Positions 29,559 to 40,461 are shown, numbered from the stretch's first letter. The stretch is 64,000 nt of DNA from an uncultured delta proteobacterium (GCA_963716725.1 CAVQUB010000013.1:1-64000), one strand, 5' to 3'. Program-made: numbers and translations. Notes: a model not told the origin generated them from the sequence alone.

Positions 29559-31271
29559 ATGCTGGAAAATCTCCATTCTCTCGCTCTCCTTCGCTTCGCC
29601 AAGCCGGCCTTGGCCCTCGGGCTCGGGCTCGCGGCGCTGACAGCCACGGCGCCCGCCGCCGCCCAGACTCGGGTCTGGTACCTCGACCGAGCCCAGATCT
29701 CCGGGGCTCCGGACGACGGCTTCATGGTCTGGCGGCCCTACATGGCCGAGCGCTCGCGTTTCTACGGGATGGCGGCCCTGGGGTTTTCGCTGAACCCACT
29801 GCGCGACTCGAACGTCACCGATGACGGCAACACTCAAACGAACATCCAAAACCCCGTGCAGGGGCAGATCATCAACTACCTGAGCGTCGGCATGGAGCTC
29901 GCGAGTCGTGCCAGCTTCAACGTGGCGCTGCCCATCGCTTTCTACCAATGGACCGGCGAGGATCCATCGTCCCGGGACGTCTCGGGCGGCCTCGACGTGC
30001 GCAAGGTCACCATTCACGACCTGCGCATCGACGCCCGGGTCAAAGCCCACGAGTCGAGCAACCGCAAGTTTCGACTCGGCTTGGGCGGTGGGCTTTGGGC
30101 GCCCACCGGCGATTCCAACTCGTTCACGGGTGACGGCCAGACCAGCGGTTGGTTCTACGGCAACGCCGAGTACGACGGCGGGAAGGTCATCATCTCCGGA
30201 CACCTGGGGCCGCAGTTCCGTCCCGAGCGCTCCATCGGCGGAACGCAGGGTAGCCTCACCGTAGCGAGCGAGATGCGCACCGCGGCTGGCATCTACTTCC
30301 CCCTGCGCAGCGGACGTGTGCGCATCGGCGGCGAGGTCTTCGGTTCGACCGGTCTCACGAAAGACAGCCTGTTCAAAGGCAAGAACACGCCCTTCGAGTG
30401 GATGGCGCAGGGCCGCTTCGCGCTGGGCAAGAAGGAGAAGACCTGGGCCATGGCCGGCGCGGGCACCCGATTCACCGGTGGCTACGGCGCGCCGGATCTT
30501 CGCGTGCTGGTGTCCCTCGGGCACTACCTGAACCTCAGCGACTTCGATCCCAAGTCGCCGCCAAAGAAGGTCCGAGTCGTCCCCGATGTCGAGGATCACG
30601 CGTTGGACCGCGACAAAGATGGCTACCCGGACGACATCGACAAGTGCCCGGACGTGCCGGAAGACGGCAAGCCGCCGGATCCAAGCGACGGCTGCCCCGT
30701 GGGCTCCGATCGCGACAACGACGGCATCCCCGACACTGCCGATGCGTGCCCGGACGTGCCCGAGGACAAGGACGGCATCCAGGACTCCGACGGCTGCCCC
30801 GAGGACGACGCGGACAACGACAAGATCCCGGACCAAGAGGATCGCTGCCCGCTCGAACCCGGTCTCAAGAACAAGATCGCCGAGAAGAACGGCTGCCCGG
30901 GTCTGACCAAGGTCACCGAAGACGGCGAGGTCGCGCTGCTCGAGCCCATTCAGTTCGAGACGGGCAAGGCCGTGATCAAGGCCGTGAGCTTCCCGATCCT
31001 CGACGAAGTCGTGGCGCTCATGCAGGCTCGCCCCGCCCTCAAGATCGGCGTCTACGGCCACACGGACGACGTCGGGGCCGACGCAATGAACATGAAGCTC
31101 AGCAAGGACCGCGCCGCGAGCTGCCTGAAGTACCTGACGAGCAAGGGCATCGCCGCCTCGCGGCTTCAGAGCGAAGGTTTCGGCGAGACCAAACCGCTCG
31201 TGTCGAACGACAGCAAAGAGAGCCGCGCGAAGAACCGTCGCGTGGAATTCAAGATCCTGAGCGGCGAATAG
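29559..31271 (+). CDS. OmpA family protein with beta-barrel and thrombospondin type-3 repeats (TraB-like architecture)
   Basis: DRDKDGYPDDIDKCP repeats; IQFETGKA, GHTD, LSKDRA, GFGETKP, NRRVEF. Confidence 0.9.
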   Translation: MLENLHSLALLRFAKPALALGLGLAALTATAPAAAQTRVWYLDRAQISGAPDDGFMVWRPYMAERSRFYGMAALGFSLNPLRDSNVTDDGNTQTNIQNPVQGQIINYLSVGMELASRASFNVALPIAFYQWTGEDPSSRDVSGGLDVRKVTIHDLRIDARVKAHESSNRKFRLGLGGGLWAPTGDSNSFTGDGQTSGWFYGNAEYDGGKVIISGHLGPQFRPERSIGGTQGSLTVASEMRTAAGIYFPLRSGRVRIGGEVFGSTGLTKDSLFKGKNTPFEWMAQGRFALGKKEKTWAMAGAGTRFTGGYGAPDLRVLVSLGHYLNLSDFDPKSPPKKVRVVPDVEDHALDRDKDGYPDDIDKCPDVPEDGKPPDPSDGCPVGSDRDNDGIPDTADACPDVPEDKDGIQDSDGCPEDDADNDKIPDQEDRCPLEPGLKNKIAEKNGCPGLTKVTEDGEVALLEPIQFETGKAVIKAVSFPILDEVVALMQARPALKIGVYGHTDDVGADAMNMKLSKDRAASCLKYLTSKGIAASRLQSEGFGETKPLVSNDSKESRAKNRRVEFKILSGE

Positions 31272-31332
31272 CTCGCCCCAACGGCAGGGCGCCCGGCGTG
31301 GTCCAGTCGCCGGGTGGCCACCAACAAACGTG

Positions 31333-31365
31333 AAAACCCGCGGTGCTCCCAGAGAGGACCGCGGG
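31333..31365 (-). terminator. putative intrinsic terminator after rpmG
   Basis: CCCGCGGT/ACCGCGGG stem followed by TTTT on the minus strand. Confidence 0.5.
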
Positions 31366-31412
31366 CGAGTTGGAACGAGTACCAGGCGAGAAGCGAGACG
31401 CTCCCCGACCGC

Positions 31413-31580
31413 TCACTTGCTGTGAGCCGGCATCTTCGCTTCTTTGAACACCACGTGCTGGCGCGCGACCGGATCGTACTTCTTCAGCTCGAGCTTCGAA
31501 GTCTGAGTGCGCTTGTTCTTGGTGGTGTAGTAGGCGAAGCCAGTGCCGGCGGAGGACACGAGACGGATGTTGTCGCGCAT
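31413..31580 (-). CDS. rpmG: 50S ribosomal protein L33 (Cys-free form)
   Basis: Not in ORF track; translates [55 protein letters not shown]. Confidence 0.97.
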   Translation of the reverse strand: MRDNIRLVSSAGTGFAYYTTKNKRTQTSKLELKKYDPVARQHVVFKEAKMPAHSK

Positions 31581-31769
31581 GGGAGCGACGGATTATCACT
31601 CGGCATCACACCGGGCAAGCCCCGACTGGGGGACTGATCGGAAATCCGGCCCTGGAACCGTCGGACTTGACTAGCGGCCCGCCCCGTGGCTGACTGCCGG
31701 CCCCTCGACGCCGGGGCTCCACCCGGCCGACCGAGATGAAGCTCAACCGAGACCAGAGCGGGTAGCCCA

Positions 31770-31919
31770 ATGAAGCGCACTTTCCAGCCCAGCAACACCA
31801 GCCGCGCCCGTACCCACGGGTTTCGCAAGCGCAACAGCACCAAGGGCGGGCGCGACATTCTGAAGGCCCGGCGCCGCAAGGGCCGCTGGCGCCTCGCGGT
31901 CTCCACCTACAAGAAGTAG
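31770..31919 (+). CDS. rpmH: 50S ribosomal protein L34
   Basis: Not in ORF track; [49 protein letters not shown]. Confidence 0.98.
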   Translation: MKRTFQPSNTSRARTHGFRKRNSTKGGRDILKARRRKGRWRLAVSTYKK

Positions 31920-32356
31920 TGCCCCGACCTTCCGGTCGGTTCCCGCCTGCCCAGCGGGTTCGGAAACACGCCGAGTACCAGGAGATACTCCGAGGTGCGC
32001 GGCGGGTGTCCACCGCGCGCTTCGTTCTACTCGTGCGCGCGCGCCGCGATCCCTTGGGCGCTCGCCTGGGCACGGTGGTGAGCCGCAAGGTCGGGGGCGC
32101 AGTGGTTCGAAACCGAGTGAAACGCCTGATTCGCGAGGCGTTCCGCGCAACTCGGGACCTCTGGGACACCGACGTCGACGTGGTCGTCATCGCGAAGCAA
32201 GCCCGGGGCGAGCCTGGACTCGAGGGAGTGATCGCCGAGTTTCGTGCGGTCGAGTCGGTGCTCCGTCGGCGCTTCGCCGACGCTCGGGCAGACCTCCTCC
32301 GATCCGCCGGGGCTGGCGAGGGCCGCGAAAAAGCGGGAGACTCCGCCGAGCCATGA
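31919..32356 (+). CDS. rnpA: ribonuclease P protein component
   Basis: RLGTVVSRKVGGAVVRNRVKRLIREAFR; synteny with rpmH. Confidence 0.97.
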   Translation: MPRPSGRFPPAQRVRKHAEYQEILRGARRVSTARFVLLVRARRDPLGARLGTVVSRKVGGAVVRNRVKRLIREAFRATRDLWDTDVDVVVIAKQARGEPGLEGVIAEFRAVESVLRRRFADARADLLRSAGAGEGREKAGDSAEP

Positions 32357-32658
32357 TCGCGCGGCTGCTCATCCTGCTGATCCGCGCCTACCAGATCGTG
32401 CTGTCGCCCTTCCTCGGCAACGTGTGTCGTTTTCACCCATCGTGTTCCCGCTACAGCCTGCGCTGCATCGAGCTCCACGGGGCCGTCAGGGGCAGCTGGC
32501 TGACGGTGAAGCGCCTTTCTCGTTGCCATCCGTTTCATCCGGGGGGATACGATCCGCCACCCCTGCCGGAGGGCCACGCCGATGCGGCACTCCCTCCCGC
32601 CGACCCGACCGGCAGTGGCGCGCCAGAACGGCGCGATCAAGCGGCTGACTCCGCCTGA
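32353..32658 (+). CDS. yidD: membrane protein insertion efficiency factor
   Basis: CRFHPSCSRY...RCHPFHPGGYDP. Confidence 0.97.
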   Translation: MIARLLILLIRAYQIVLSPFLGNVCRFHPSCSRYSLRCIELHGAVRGSWLTVKRLSRCHPFHPGGYDPPPLPEGHADAALPPADPTGSGAPERRDQAADSA

Positions 32659-32693
32659 GTTTTCCAAGCACTCCCTCGCCCCTCGAGCACGAC

Positions 32694-34413
32694 ATGGAAC
32701 GAAGCGGTATCGCGCGGTGGCTCTTCATCGGCCTCACCGTGCTCTTGGGGGTCTTGTTCTTGCCGAAGCTGTTCGGCGAGAAATCGTCCGAACAGCAACC
32801 GCTCAAGTACGAGGGCACGTCGGTCCCGGCGGTCCGCAAGCCGAAGCAGCTCTGTGACATCTGGGCACCGCGCTTCCATGCGCAGCTGAGCACCGAAGGC
32901 GCTTCGCTCGAACACTTCTACCTGAGCACCGCCAAGTACACGCAGAAGGGCGTGGCCATCGACCTCGCGACGACCCCGGACGTCGAGCTGCGCCGACAGC
33001 TGCGCTTCCACTTCCGCAACGAACGCTTCCACCCCGCGGACGACTGGCAGATCGACTTCGACACCGTCGACTACGACCTGGTCAAGGCTGACGGGAAGAG
33101 CTGCGAGTTCGTGTACCGCGACGCCAAGGTCGAGATCCAGCGGACCGTTCGCGCGACCGAGCACCCCTACGAGCTCGAGGTCGATGCCACGATCACCAAC
33201 CGCGCGGAAAAGAAGCTGAAGCACGCGCTCACCGTGCACACCGACGCCTGGCGGACCAAAAAAGAAGTCGAGAGCGGCATGTTCCGGGTGAGCCCGTTCA
33301 TGACGCACGTCGAGTGCGTCTCCGAGGCGAACAAGGCCGTCCGCATGCGGCCCCCGGATTTCGAGCCGGACCAGTTCAAGGAGGCCGGGTTCTCGGGCCC
33401 ATTGAACCTCGGGGACTGGTTCGAGACCAAGACGCCGCCCGCTTACGCCGCGGTTTCAAACGCCTACTTCTCTCACGCGCTGGTCCCGGTGTCGGCCCCG
33501 GCCGACGCCAAGCCGACCTGCCAACTCCAGATCGAGGAGCGCTGGGACGCCACCAAGTACAAGTCCGAGGGCGCCGATCCGAACGGCGGCGCGATGTATC
33601 GCGCGCGACTCGCTTACCCACTGGTCGAGCTCGAGCCGAAAGAGAGCGCGCGCTACACCGTCCTGACCTACATCGGGCCGAAAGAACGGGACGCGCTCGC
33701 AGGCGTGGGCGGCGGCAAGCACGACCTGACCGAGATTATCGACCTGGGCTTCTTCAGCGTCATCGCCAAGGTCCTGGTCGCGTTCTTGCTGAAGGTTCAC
33801 TCTGTTCTGCCGAACTGGGGTCTCGCCATCATCTTGCTGACCCTCACGGCGCGCGTGATCTCTGTTTCCGCTCGCGGTGCCCAGCATCAAGAGCATGATC
33901 AAGATGCGCGAGCTGAAGCCCGAGCTCGACGCGCTGAACGAGAAGTTCAAAGACGACGCCCAGGGCAAGGGGCTCGCTCAGATGGAACTCTGGCGGACGC
34001 ACAAGGTGAACCCGCTCAAGGGCTGCCTGCCGCAGCTCGCCAGCATGCCCGTGTGGTTTGCGCTCTACACGACCCTTCAGACCGCCGTAGAGCTCTTCAA
34101 CATCCCCTTCCTGTGGTTCCCCGACCTCTCGCAGCCCGATCGCTTCTTCATCCTGCCGTTCATCATCGGTGCCACCAACTTCGCTCAGCAGAAGATCATG
34201 CCGATGCAGGGCGACCCGATGCAGCAGAAGATGATGCTGTATTTCATGCCGGCGATGTTCACGGTGTTCATGCTGTTCTTGCCGGCGGGTCTCGGGGTCT
34301 ACATGTTCAGCAACGGGCTGTTGACGATCGCACAGCAGCAGATCGTCGAGCGCTACGTGAGGCGCCAGACGATCAAGCTCGAGGCGGAAAAAAAAGCCGT
34401 GATATCGGCGTAA
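32694..34413 (+). CDS. yidC: membrane protein insertase YidC; frameshift near 33861 (possibly another in the A8 run near 34390, giving end 34439)
   Basis: YIGPK, IDLGFF, NWGLAII in the first frame; KVNPLKGCLP, WFPDLS.PD, PAGLGVY in the second frame. Confidence 0.93.
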
Positions 34414-34477
34414 AGATCAAAGGGGAAGCGAGTAGCTAAGGCACTCGCTTCACTCTTGGCATGGAAAGGCCAGTCAG

Positions 34478-35143
34478 ATGAGCGACGTAGAGCAAGAGAC
34501 CGAGCAAGGGTGGGACGACGAAGCGGATCTCGAAGGTGACGAGGAGGGCGACGACGAAGGCGGAGGCGACAACGGCGCCGAGGCCTCCGCCGACGGCGAC
34601 GGTGAACCGCGCCGACCTCGGCGTGGCGGGCGCAGGGACGACGAGCCCGACTACGTGCCCGAGAACGACCCGCGGGCGACGCAGGCCCTCGAGTTCGTCG
34701 CCGAGGTCGTCAAAGAGATGGAAATGGACTGCCGCGTCCGCCTCCTTCGTCCGAAGGACGACGACGAGAACCCCGAGATCAACATCGAGATCGCGGGACC
34801 CGACGCCGGGCGCATTATCGGCAAGAAGGGGCAGGTGCTGATGGCCCTGCAGTTCATCACCCACCGCATCGTCAACCGCTCGGGGCTCGACAAGCGCCAC
34901 GTTCTGGTGGACGCGGAGGGCTACCGCACCCGGCGCGACAGCTCGCTGGCCAGCATGGCCAAGCGCCTGGGCAAGCAGGCGGTGGAGCTGGGCAAGATCA
35001 TCACCTTCGAACCGATGAACCCGCGGGACCGCCGCGTGGTGCATCTGGCTCTCGCCAAGTTCGAAGGTGTGGTCACCAAGAGCGACGGCGAAGGCGCGAG
35101 TCGACGAGTTCAGATCATCCCCGTGCGCCGCACCACGGCGTAG
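34478..35143 (+). CDS. jag: Jag/EloR (KhpB) KH-R3H RNA-binding protein
   Basis: GRIIGKKGQVLMALQ, DAEGYR, PMNPRDRRVVHLAL, SDGEG. Confidence 0.92.
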   Translation: MSDVEQETEQGWDDEADLEGDEEGDDEGGGDNGAEASADGDGEPRRPRRGGRRDDEPDYVPENDPRATQALEFVAEVVKEMEMDCRVRLLRPKDDDENPEINIEIAGPDAGRIIGKKGQVLMALQFITHRIVNRSGLDKRHVLVDAEGYRTRRDSSLASMAKRLGKQAVELGKIITFEPMNPRDRRVVHLALAKFEGVVTKSDGEGASRRVQIIPVRRTTA

Positions 35144-35217
35144 CAACCGCACCCTTCATCTCGCCGCGACGCCGTTGTCCGGACAGCCCGCGGCGCGATG
35201 ACGCTCGCCGGATCTGA

Positions 35218-37071
35218 CTACTTCCCGCAGGGCGAGAGCTCGACGGGCGCGGCGCGCTGGACCCACGCCGCTGTGCTCGGTGGTGCGACGAGCTCGGCGC
35301 GCGACTGTCCGGCAGCCTGGAGTGCGCTCCGCGGCGCCCACATCCAATCTTCGGTAATCTGACAGCTATGGGCCGCGCAGCGCGGGCGGCCTTCGAGCTC
35401 GATGGAGCGGGCATCGCCTCTGACGTTGAAGAGCAGCGGTCGCCAGCTGGCGCCACCGTCCACCGTGCCCCAGAGCTGAGCCAGGTTCCTGCCCGTCGCC
35501 ACGCCACGCTGCGCGTTCGCCATCGCCACGTGCAGCGCACCGGCAGGGAGCGGCTTTACTTCGAGCTTGCGGCCCAGAATGCCAGACGCGAGGTAGCGAG
35601 CCCTGCCCCGGACGACCTCGGCGAACACGGTTCCGTCGACCAAGTGTGCGTCCGCTACGGCGCCTTCCCCGAGCGAGGTCTCCAACCGTCGCCCCTTCGA
35701 ATCGCGCGCCAGGTCGACGACCGCGTACTCGAATCCCGTCGGCTTCGTCGGCGTCCGATAGAGCAGCGTCGTCCGGTTCAAATCGACGAGTTCGAGATCA
35801 TCCTCGTCGTTGCCGGTGACGAGGCGGCGGTTCCGGAAGCGAGTACCGTCGTACCAGCACAGTTCGTGAGCGCGCACCGAGGGGTCGAGGACGGATTCTG
35901 CATCCTCAGAACGGCACGCGGACCGCACGACGATGCCGCCCGCCGCACTGACGGCCGCGGACGGCCGGGCCTCGGGGTCGAGCGTCGCCACCGAACCCAG
36001 GTGCGTCCAGCCCGCGGCGTCCAGTCGATACAAGGCGTCCAGCCCTTCGCCGGCATCCTCGCCCCCATCGTTCGCCGGCTCGAGCGTGCAGGTCAGAAAC
36101 GCGTGGCGCGCCCCGAGCCGAGCGCTGCAGCTGCCGGTGACCGCCGGCAGTTCGATGCGCTTGCGCACGCCATTCTTGACCTCTTCTAAAGGGTGCAAGA
36201 AAAGTGACCGCCCACCCTCGGGTAGAGCGCCGGCAGGCAACGTGGCCGGCGCGTATAGCGCCTCTAGGCGCTGCTGCACGCGACCGCCGACTTCGTTGAG
36301 TGCGGTCAGCGAGAAAGGCCAAGCGCTCCCCCCGGCCGCTGCCTCGCCTTCGGCGACCTCCGTCACTTTCCCAGCCGCGGTCACGAGCTTCATACCGCGG
36401 GTCGACTCGAAGATCACACCTCCGCCGGCTTGCTCGTGGAAGCGTCGGGCGCACGCGCCGCGGAGCTCGACGTCCACGAATGTCTGTGCGCCGTCGCTCG
36501 ACCTGGCGAGGGACCCAGCGCCGCGAATCACGAAGAGCGTCGTGCCAACGACGGCGAGGTCGGCGACTTGCCCTTCGCCCAAGGTGCGCGCCAGGGCAGG
36601 ACTGGAAGGTGCGAGTCGCCACAACGCGCCGCGCTCGTCGTGCAGGACCTCCACGCCAGCGGCAAGCGTGAAGATCGTGCTTGGCTTCGCGCCGCGCGTA
36701 TCGCCCGCGTAGGTCAGCGGGCCGAGGCGTTTGGCGGCACGGTACGCAACGCCGTTCCGAGTAACGACGACTTCACCTTCGCCAGCAAGGCGCGCATAGG
36801 CGATCGCGCTCTCCGTGCCCTGCTCCGAGATCGTCACGCTGTCCTTCGTGGCCCGCACCCGCCAGCGCCCCATGGTGATGATTTCCCCGTTCTCCCAGAG
36901 CGACGAAGCCTTCCCGAAGTCGACGTAGGTCAGGTCCCAGGGGTCCGCGGCCGGAAGCTGCGGCGGCGTTGGCTTCGTCGAGACCGAGGGCCGACTCGCC
37001 GGCCCCGTGCTGTTCGCGCATCCACCGAAGGCGGCGACGGCGCACAGAACGCGCGCGCTCCACCCAAGCAC
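35218..37071 (-). CDS. hypothetical lipoprotein (beta-propeller/BNR-like)
   Basis: Lipobox FGGC; RSSDGAQTF and TVDGGASW BNR/Asp-box-like motifs; start uncertain. Confidence 0.65.
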   Translation of the reverse strand: MLGWSARVLCAVAAFGGCANSTGPASRPSVSTKPTPPQLPAADPWDLTYVDFGKASSLWENGEIITMGRWRVRATKDSVTISEQGTESAIAYARLAGEGEVVVTRNGVAYRAAKRLGPLTYAGDTRGAKPSTIFTLAAGVEVLHDERGALWRLAPSSPALARTLGEGQVADLAVVGTTLFVIRGAGSLARSSDGAQTFVDVELRGACARRFHEQAGGGVIFESTRGMKLVTAAGKVTEVAEGEAAAGGSAWPFSLTALNEVGGRVQQRLEALYAPATLPAGALPEGGRSLFLHPLEEVKNGVRKRIELPAVTGSCSARLGARHAFLTCTLEPANDGGEDAGEGLDALYRLDAAGWTHLGSVATLDPEARPSAAVSAAGGIVVRSACRSEDAESVLDPSVRAHELCWYDGTRFRNRRLVTGNDEDDLELVDLNRTTLLYRTPTKPTGFEYAVVDLARDSKGRRLETSLGEGAVADAHLVDGTVFAEVVRGRARYLASGILGRKLEVKPLPAGALHVAMANAQRGVATGRNLAQLWGTVDGGASWRPLLFNVRGDARSIELEGRPRCAAHSCQITEDWMWAPRSALQAAGQSRAELVAPPSTAAWVQRAAPVELSPCGK

Positions 37072-37227
37072 ATCACGACTATCCGCCTTGAAACGGTTGC
37101 GTGAGTTCAATGTCGCGCCCGCCATCTACGCCAGAGTGGCGGACGGGCGAGCCGACGACAAGGACCGAGTTGGAGCGTCCGTGGTCGTGGACTGATCTCG
37201 AGCTGCAGAGGAGCTCGGGGCTGCAGT

Positions 37228-39156
37228 TCACTCCAGCGCGAAGCCGTTGCCGTCGAACTTGTACTTCCGCGCGCTGCCGGCTCCCCACGGCAAGAGCAAG
37301 GGCTCGAGGCCACCGGCGGCGGTCGTATCCGGCGGAAACGGATAGGTCTTGTCGGTCCACCCGACGGCGCGGCCGGGTCGAAGTTCGATGCGGACTCCGG
37401 TCTTCGAGGGAACGAACGAGATCGTGCCCACCACCCGGTTGTCTTTGAGAGCGCGGCCGGTCTCGGCGGCGAACACGCGGCGCACGCCGCCGTCCGTCAC
37501 CTGGTAGACGAAGAGCGCGTAGCGGTCGACGACGTCGCCACCGAGTTCTTTGCTGGCCTTGGCGTGCAAGAGCCCCCGCACGACGACCTCCGCCTTGCCG
37601 TCTCCGGTCAAGTCGCGCGCCGTCACGTCCAGGATGTCCTTTGCATCGGGCACTCCGATGGTGATGAACGAGTAGGTCGTGCCGCCGCGATAGCCCTTGC
37701 CGAACACCACGATGTCCCTGTCGTGGACCAGGACTCGCTCGGTCTCCGCGCCGCCCGCGACATCAGTCACGAAGTCGAAGCGCGGTGACTTGCCGCCGAG
37801 CTTGCGGTCCTTTCGATAGAGCGCGTAGAGCCGATCGAGCATCTCGTCAGCCGTGGGGGGGCGAGGCGCGGGCGGCTGAGGCGGGCCGGCGGGAGCGTTC
37901 GCTCCGGGCTTCGTGCCCGGTTTCTTGCCACCGACCTTGGGCGTCTGGGTGCTCTCGTCGACCTTGCTGAATTGCTTCCCGTCCCACTGAAACGAGCGAC
38001 TCTTCACGCTCTCCCACGGCAAGAGCGCGCCGGGCATGTCGCCGGACACCGGCTCCGCGTAGGTGTCGGGCTCGAAGCCGTCGGCGACGCCCTGCGCGAT
38101 CTCGATGGTGGTCAGCTTGCCCTTCGTTCCCAGGCTGAGCGCGTTCTGGATCTTGCCTTTCTCGGTGACAATGGCGACCTCGTGGGAGAAGGCCGCCCAG
38201 GGTGCGTCGTCGCTGCCAATCTTCAAGATCTGCACGACCTCTCGGTACTTGTCCGGGGCGCCGATGCGCTTCCGGATCAAGATGTCGTCCTTTTTGTCGC
38301 CGTCGAAATCCCGAAGCTCGAGCCGCGTCACCATGCTGGCGTCCGCAACGCCGAGCTCGCCAAAGTAGAACTGATTACCGCCGCGGTAGCGCGGTCCGGT
38401 GATGGTCAGGTACCCGCCGTAGACGGCCACGCGCTCGAGCATCTTGTCGCCAGACACATCGCCGTAGGCTTCCCGGGCGGGCGTGGCGGCCAAGCCCTTG
38501 GCGCGGATCAGGCTCTTGTCGAGCCCCTGCTCGTTCTCGAGCAGCAGCGGCGGCAACGCACTCCCGCTGCCCGCCGCGGTGCCAACGATTCCCTTGACCG
38601 CTCCCGCGCTGTCGGAGTCGGTGTAGCGGAGCGCACCACGCAGACCCACCCGCACCGTGCCGGCCTTCGAGAACGCGCTCCAGGGGATCTTGGCCTCGAA
38701 GATGAAGCCGTTCTTGCTGGGCGCCTCGACCAGAGTCGCGCCGGCGACGGCGCCGGCACGGGTCCGCACCGAGCCCGCGACCTTGCCCGGATCGCCCTGA
38801 AACAGCAGCAACTCTTCCGTGACGAAGCCGCCCTTGGCGTTCGGAAACGCGATGATCAGCGAGCCATGATCCTCACTCGCTGCGTAAGCCGAAGTGCGCA
38901 CCAGGGTCTTGTCGTTCACCCGAAAGGCGACGTAGACGTGGCCGTCGTCGTAGCCAAAGTGACCCGAGGCGGCATCGGACGAGCCCTGGAGCGCAAACGC
39001 CAGGTCCGTCATCTTGCCCGGCCACTCGCGCAGATCTCCGTCGATGCGGATCTTCGTTCCGGTCATCGGGATGCCTTCGAGCGTGCGCCCCGCGGCCCAG
39101 GCTCGAGAGCCGAAGGCCGTGAGGGCCAACCCGAGGACGGCAGCCGAAGGCTTCAT
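37228..39156 (-). CDS. secreted protein with CBM9/DOMON-like N-terminal domain and FG-GAP-like motifs
   Basis: Signal peptide; IRIDGDLREWP, YD...YVAFRVND, FEAKIPW; DFDGDKKDDI, DLTGDGKAEV. Confidence 0.7.
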   Translation of the reverse strand: MKPSAAVLGLALTAFGSRAWAAGRTLEGIPMTGTKIRIDGDLREWPGKMTDLAFALQGSSDAASGHFGYDDGHVYVAFRVNDKTLVRTSAYAASEDHGSLIIAFPNAKGGFVTEELLLFQGDPGKVAGSVRTRAGAVAGATLVEAPSKNGFIFEAKIPWSAFSKAGTVRVGLRGALRYTDSDSAGAVKGIVGTAAGSGSALPPLLLENEQGLDKSLIRAKGLAATPAREAYGDVSGDKMLERVAVYGGYLTITGPRYRGGNQFYFGELGVADASMVTRLELRDFDGDKKDDILIRKRIGAPDKYREVVQILKIGSDDAPWAAFSHEVAIVTEKGKIQNALSLGTKGKLTTIEIAQGVADGFEPDTYAEPVSGDMPGALLPWESVKSRSFQWDGKQFSKVDESTQTPKVGGKKPGTKPGANAPAGPPQPPAPRPPTADEMLDRLYALYRKDRKLGGKSPRFDFVTDVAGGAETERVLVHDRDIVVFGKGYRGGTTYSFITIGVPDAKDILDVTARDLTGDGKAEVVVRGLLHAKASKELGGDVVDRYALFVYQVTDGGVRRVFAAETGRALKDNRVVGTISFVPSKTGVRIELRPGRAVGWTDKTYPFPPDTTAAGGLEPLLLPWGAGSARKYKFDGNGFALE

Positions 39157-39977
39157 CGCTTCATTCGGAGCTCGGCCTGCTCCTGGGCCTCGAGATCGGC
39201 GAGCGCTCGCGTGAGTTCTTCGTGCTCCGCCGCGTCGAGCTCGACGACGGCTTCCTTCTCTTCGACCCGCACGGCCTCCCGCGGAGCCGGCGCCGCCTCC
39301 GGGGGCAGCACGCCCATCTTGCGCTTGAGAGCCTCGAGATCGGAGTCGGCTCCGGCGGTCTGCTCGAGGTGCGCGAACTTCGTCGCCAGCACGTCTCCGC
39401 TGTACTCCTCGGCGAGCTCCGCCCCCGCTTCGGCCTCTGCCTCCATCTGGTTGATGCGGCCTTCCATCTGCTCGAAGGCCTCGAACGCGCTCGCGTTCTT
39501 GAGGCCGCTCATCGTCTCTTGAATCTGCTTCTGAGCCTCGGCGCGCTTCTTCCGGGCTATCAGCAGGTTCTTCTTGCGCTTCGCCTCTTCAATCTTCGCA
39601 TTCAGCGCCCTGAGCGCGAGCTTGAGGGAGTCGACGGCGTGCTTCTGCTTCTGCCACTGCTGCTTGTACTGCTCGGCGAGCTGCCCGTGTTCCTTCATGC
39701 GGGCCAGGCCTTCTTTGGCCAGATTGTCGTCGCCCGCACGCACGGCCATCATCGCCCGCCGTTCCCACTCGGCAGCGGTGGCGGCCTCTTGCTCTGCTTG
39801 CTTGGCCAGGCGCTTCTCGTCGGCGATGGAAGAAGCCACTTGCTTCTTCGCCTCGATCAGCTGCGCGTTCATGTCGATGACGATCTGGTTCAGCATCTTC
39901 TCCGGATCTTCGGAGCGGCTGATCAGATCGTTCAGGTTGGACTTGATGAGTCGGGCGAGGCGCGCGAAAATTCCCAT
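39153..39977 (-). CDS. pspA: PspA/IM30 family protein
   Basis: MGIFARL...EDPEKML, GDDNLAKE, coiled coil, FEQME.RI..MEA. Confidence 0.95.
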   Translation of the reverse strand: MGIFARLARLIKSNLNDLISRSEDPEKMLNQIVIDMNAQLIEAKKQVASSIADEKRLAKQAEQEAATAAEWERRAMMAVRAGDDNLAKEGLARMKEHGQLAEQYKQQWQKQKHAVDSLKLALRALNAKIEEAKRKKNLLIARKKRAEAQKQIQETMSGLKNASAFEAFEQMEGRINQMEAEAEAGAELAEEYSGDVLATKFAHLEQTAGADSDLEALKRKMGVLPPEAAPAPREAVRVEEKEAVVELDAAEHEELTRALADLEAQEQAELRMKR

Positions 39978-39997
39978 GGTCGTTGCTCCGGCAGGCC

Positions 39998-40393
39998 TTA
40001 GTTCTTGATCAGCTCTCGCAGCATGCCCACGTGTTTCGATTGCGCCATGCCCATGTCGGCGAGCACAGCCTCGAGTTCGTTGCCGTCGAGGTTCTCGAGC
40101 TCGAGGGAAGCGATCAGTACGATGCGCCCGTCTTCGAGGGCGTAGGCGGCGTGCATCAGGTCGAAGGCGTTGAGCTCCAACAGCCGCCGAAAGACCTTGG
40201 CCTCGATCGCCGGGTTAGCGCTGGGCGCGTCGCCGATCGCGACCTGGAAGACCAAGACGGGAGGCGCGACGCGCAGAGCCACGGGCGCCAAGCTCGCGCC
40301 CACGGCGACCAGAAATGTCCCACTTTCGAGTCGCTCGAAGTGCCTATCGAGCTTGCTCAGAAACCCCTCGAGATCTTCGTCGGTCTTCAGCAT
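39998..40393 (-). CDS. CesT/YbjN-like chaperone-fold protein
   Basis: 131 aa, acidic; FRRLLELNA...HAAYAL...LENLD.NEL. Confidence 0.75.
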   Translation of the reverse strand: MLKTDEDLEGFLSKLDRHFERLESGTFLVAVGASLAPVALRVAPPVLVFQVAIGDAPSANPAIEAKVFRRLLELNAFDLMHAAYALEDGRIVLIASLELENLDGNELEAVLADMGMAQSKHVGMLRELIKN

Positions 40394-40461
40394 CGGAAGG
40401 CTACGGTACCATGGCGCAGGCGCACGGTGGTGCCGCAGGAAGAGCGCGAATTCCCCGGGGC

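Noticed and set aside
39998..40393. CesT-like gene as a sign of a type III secretion system
   Set aside because: No T3SS genes nearby; the context is pspA.
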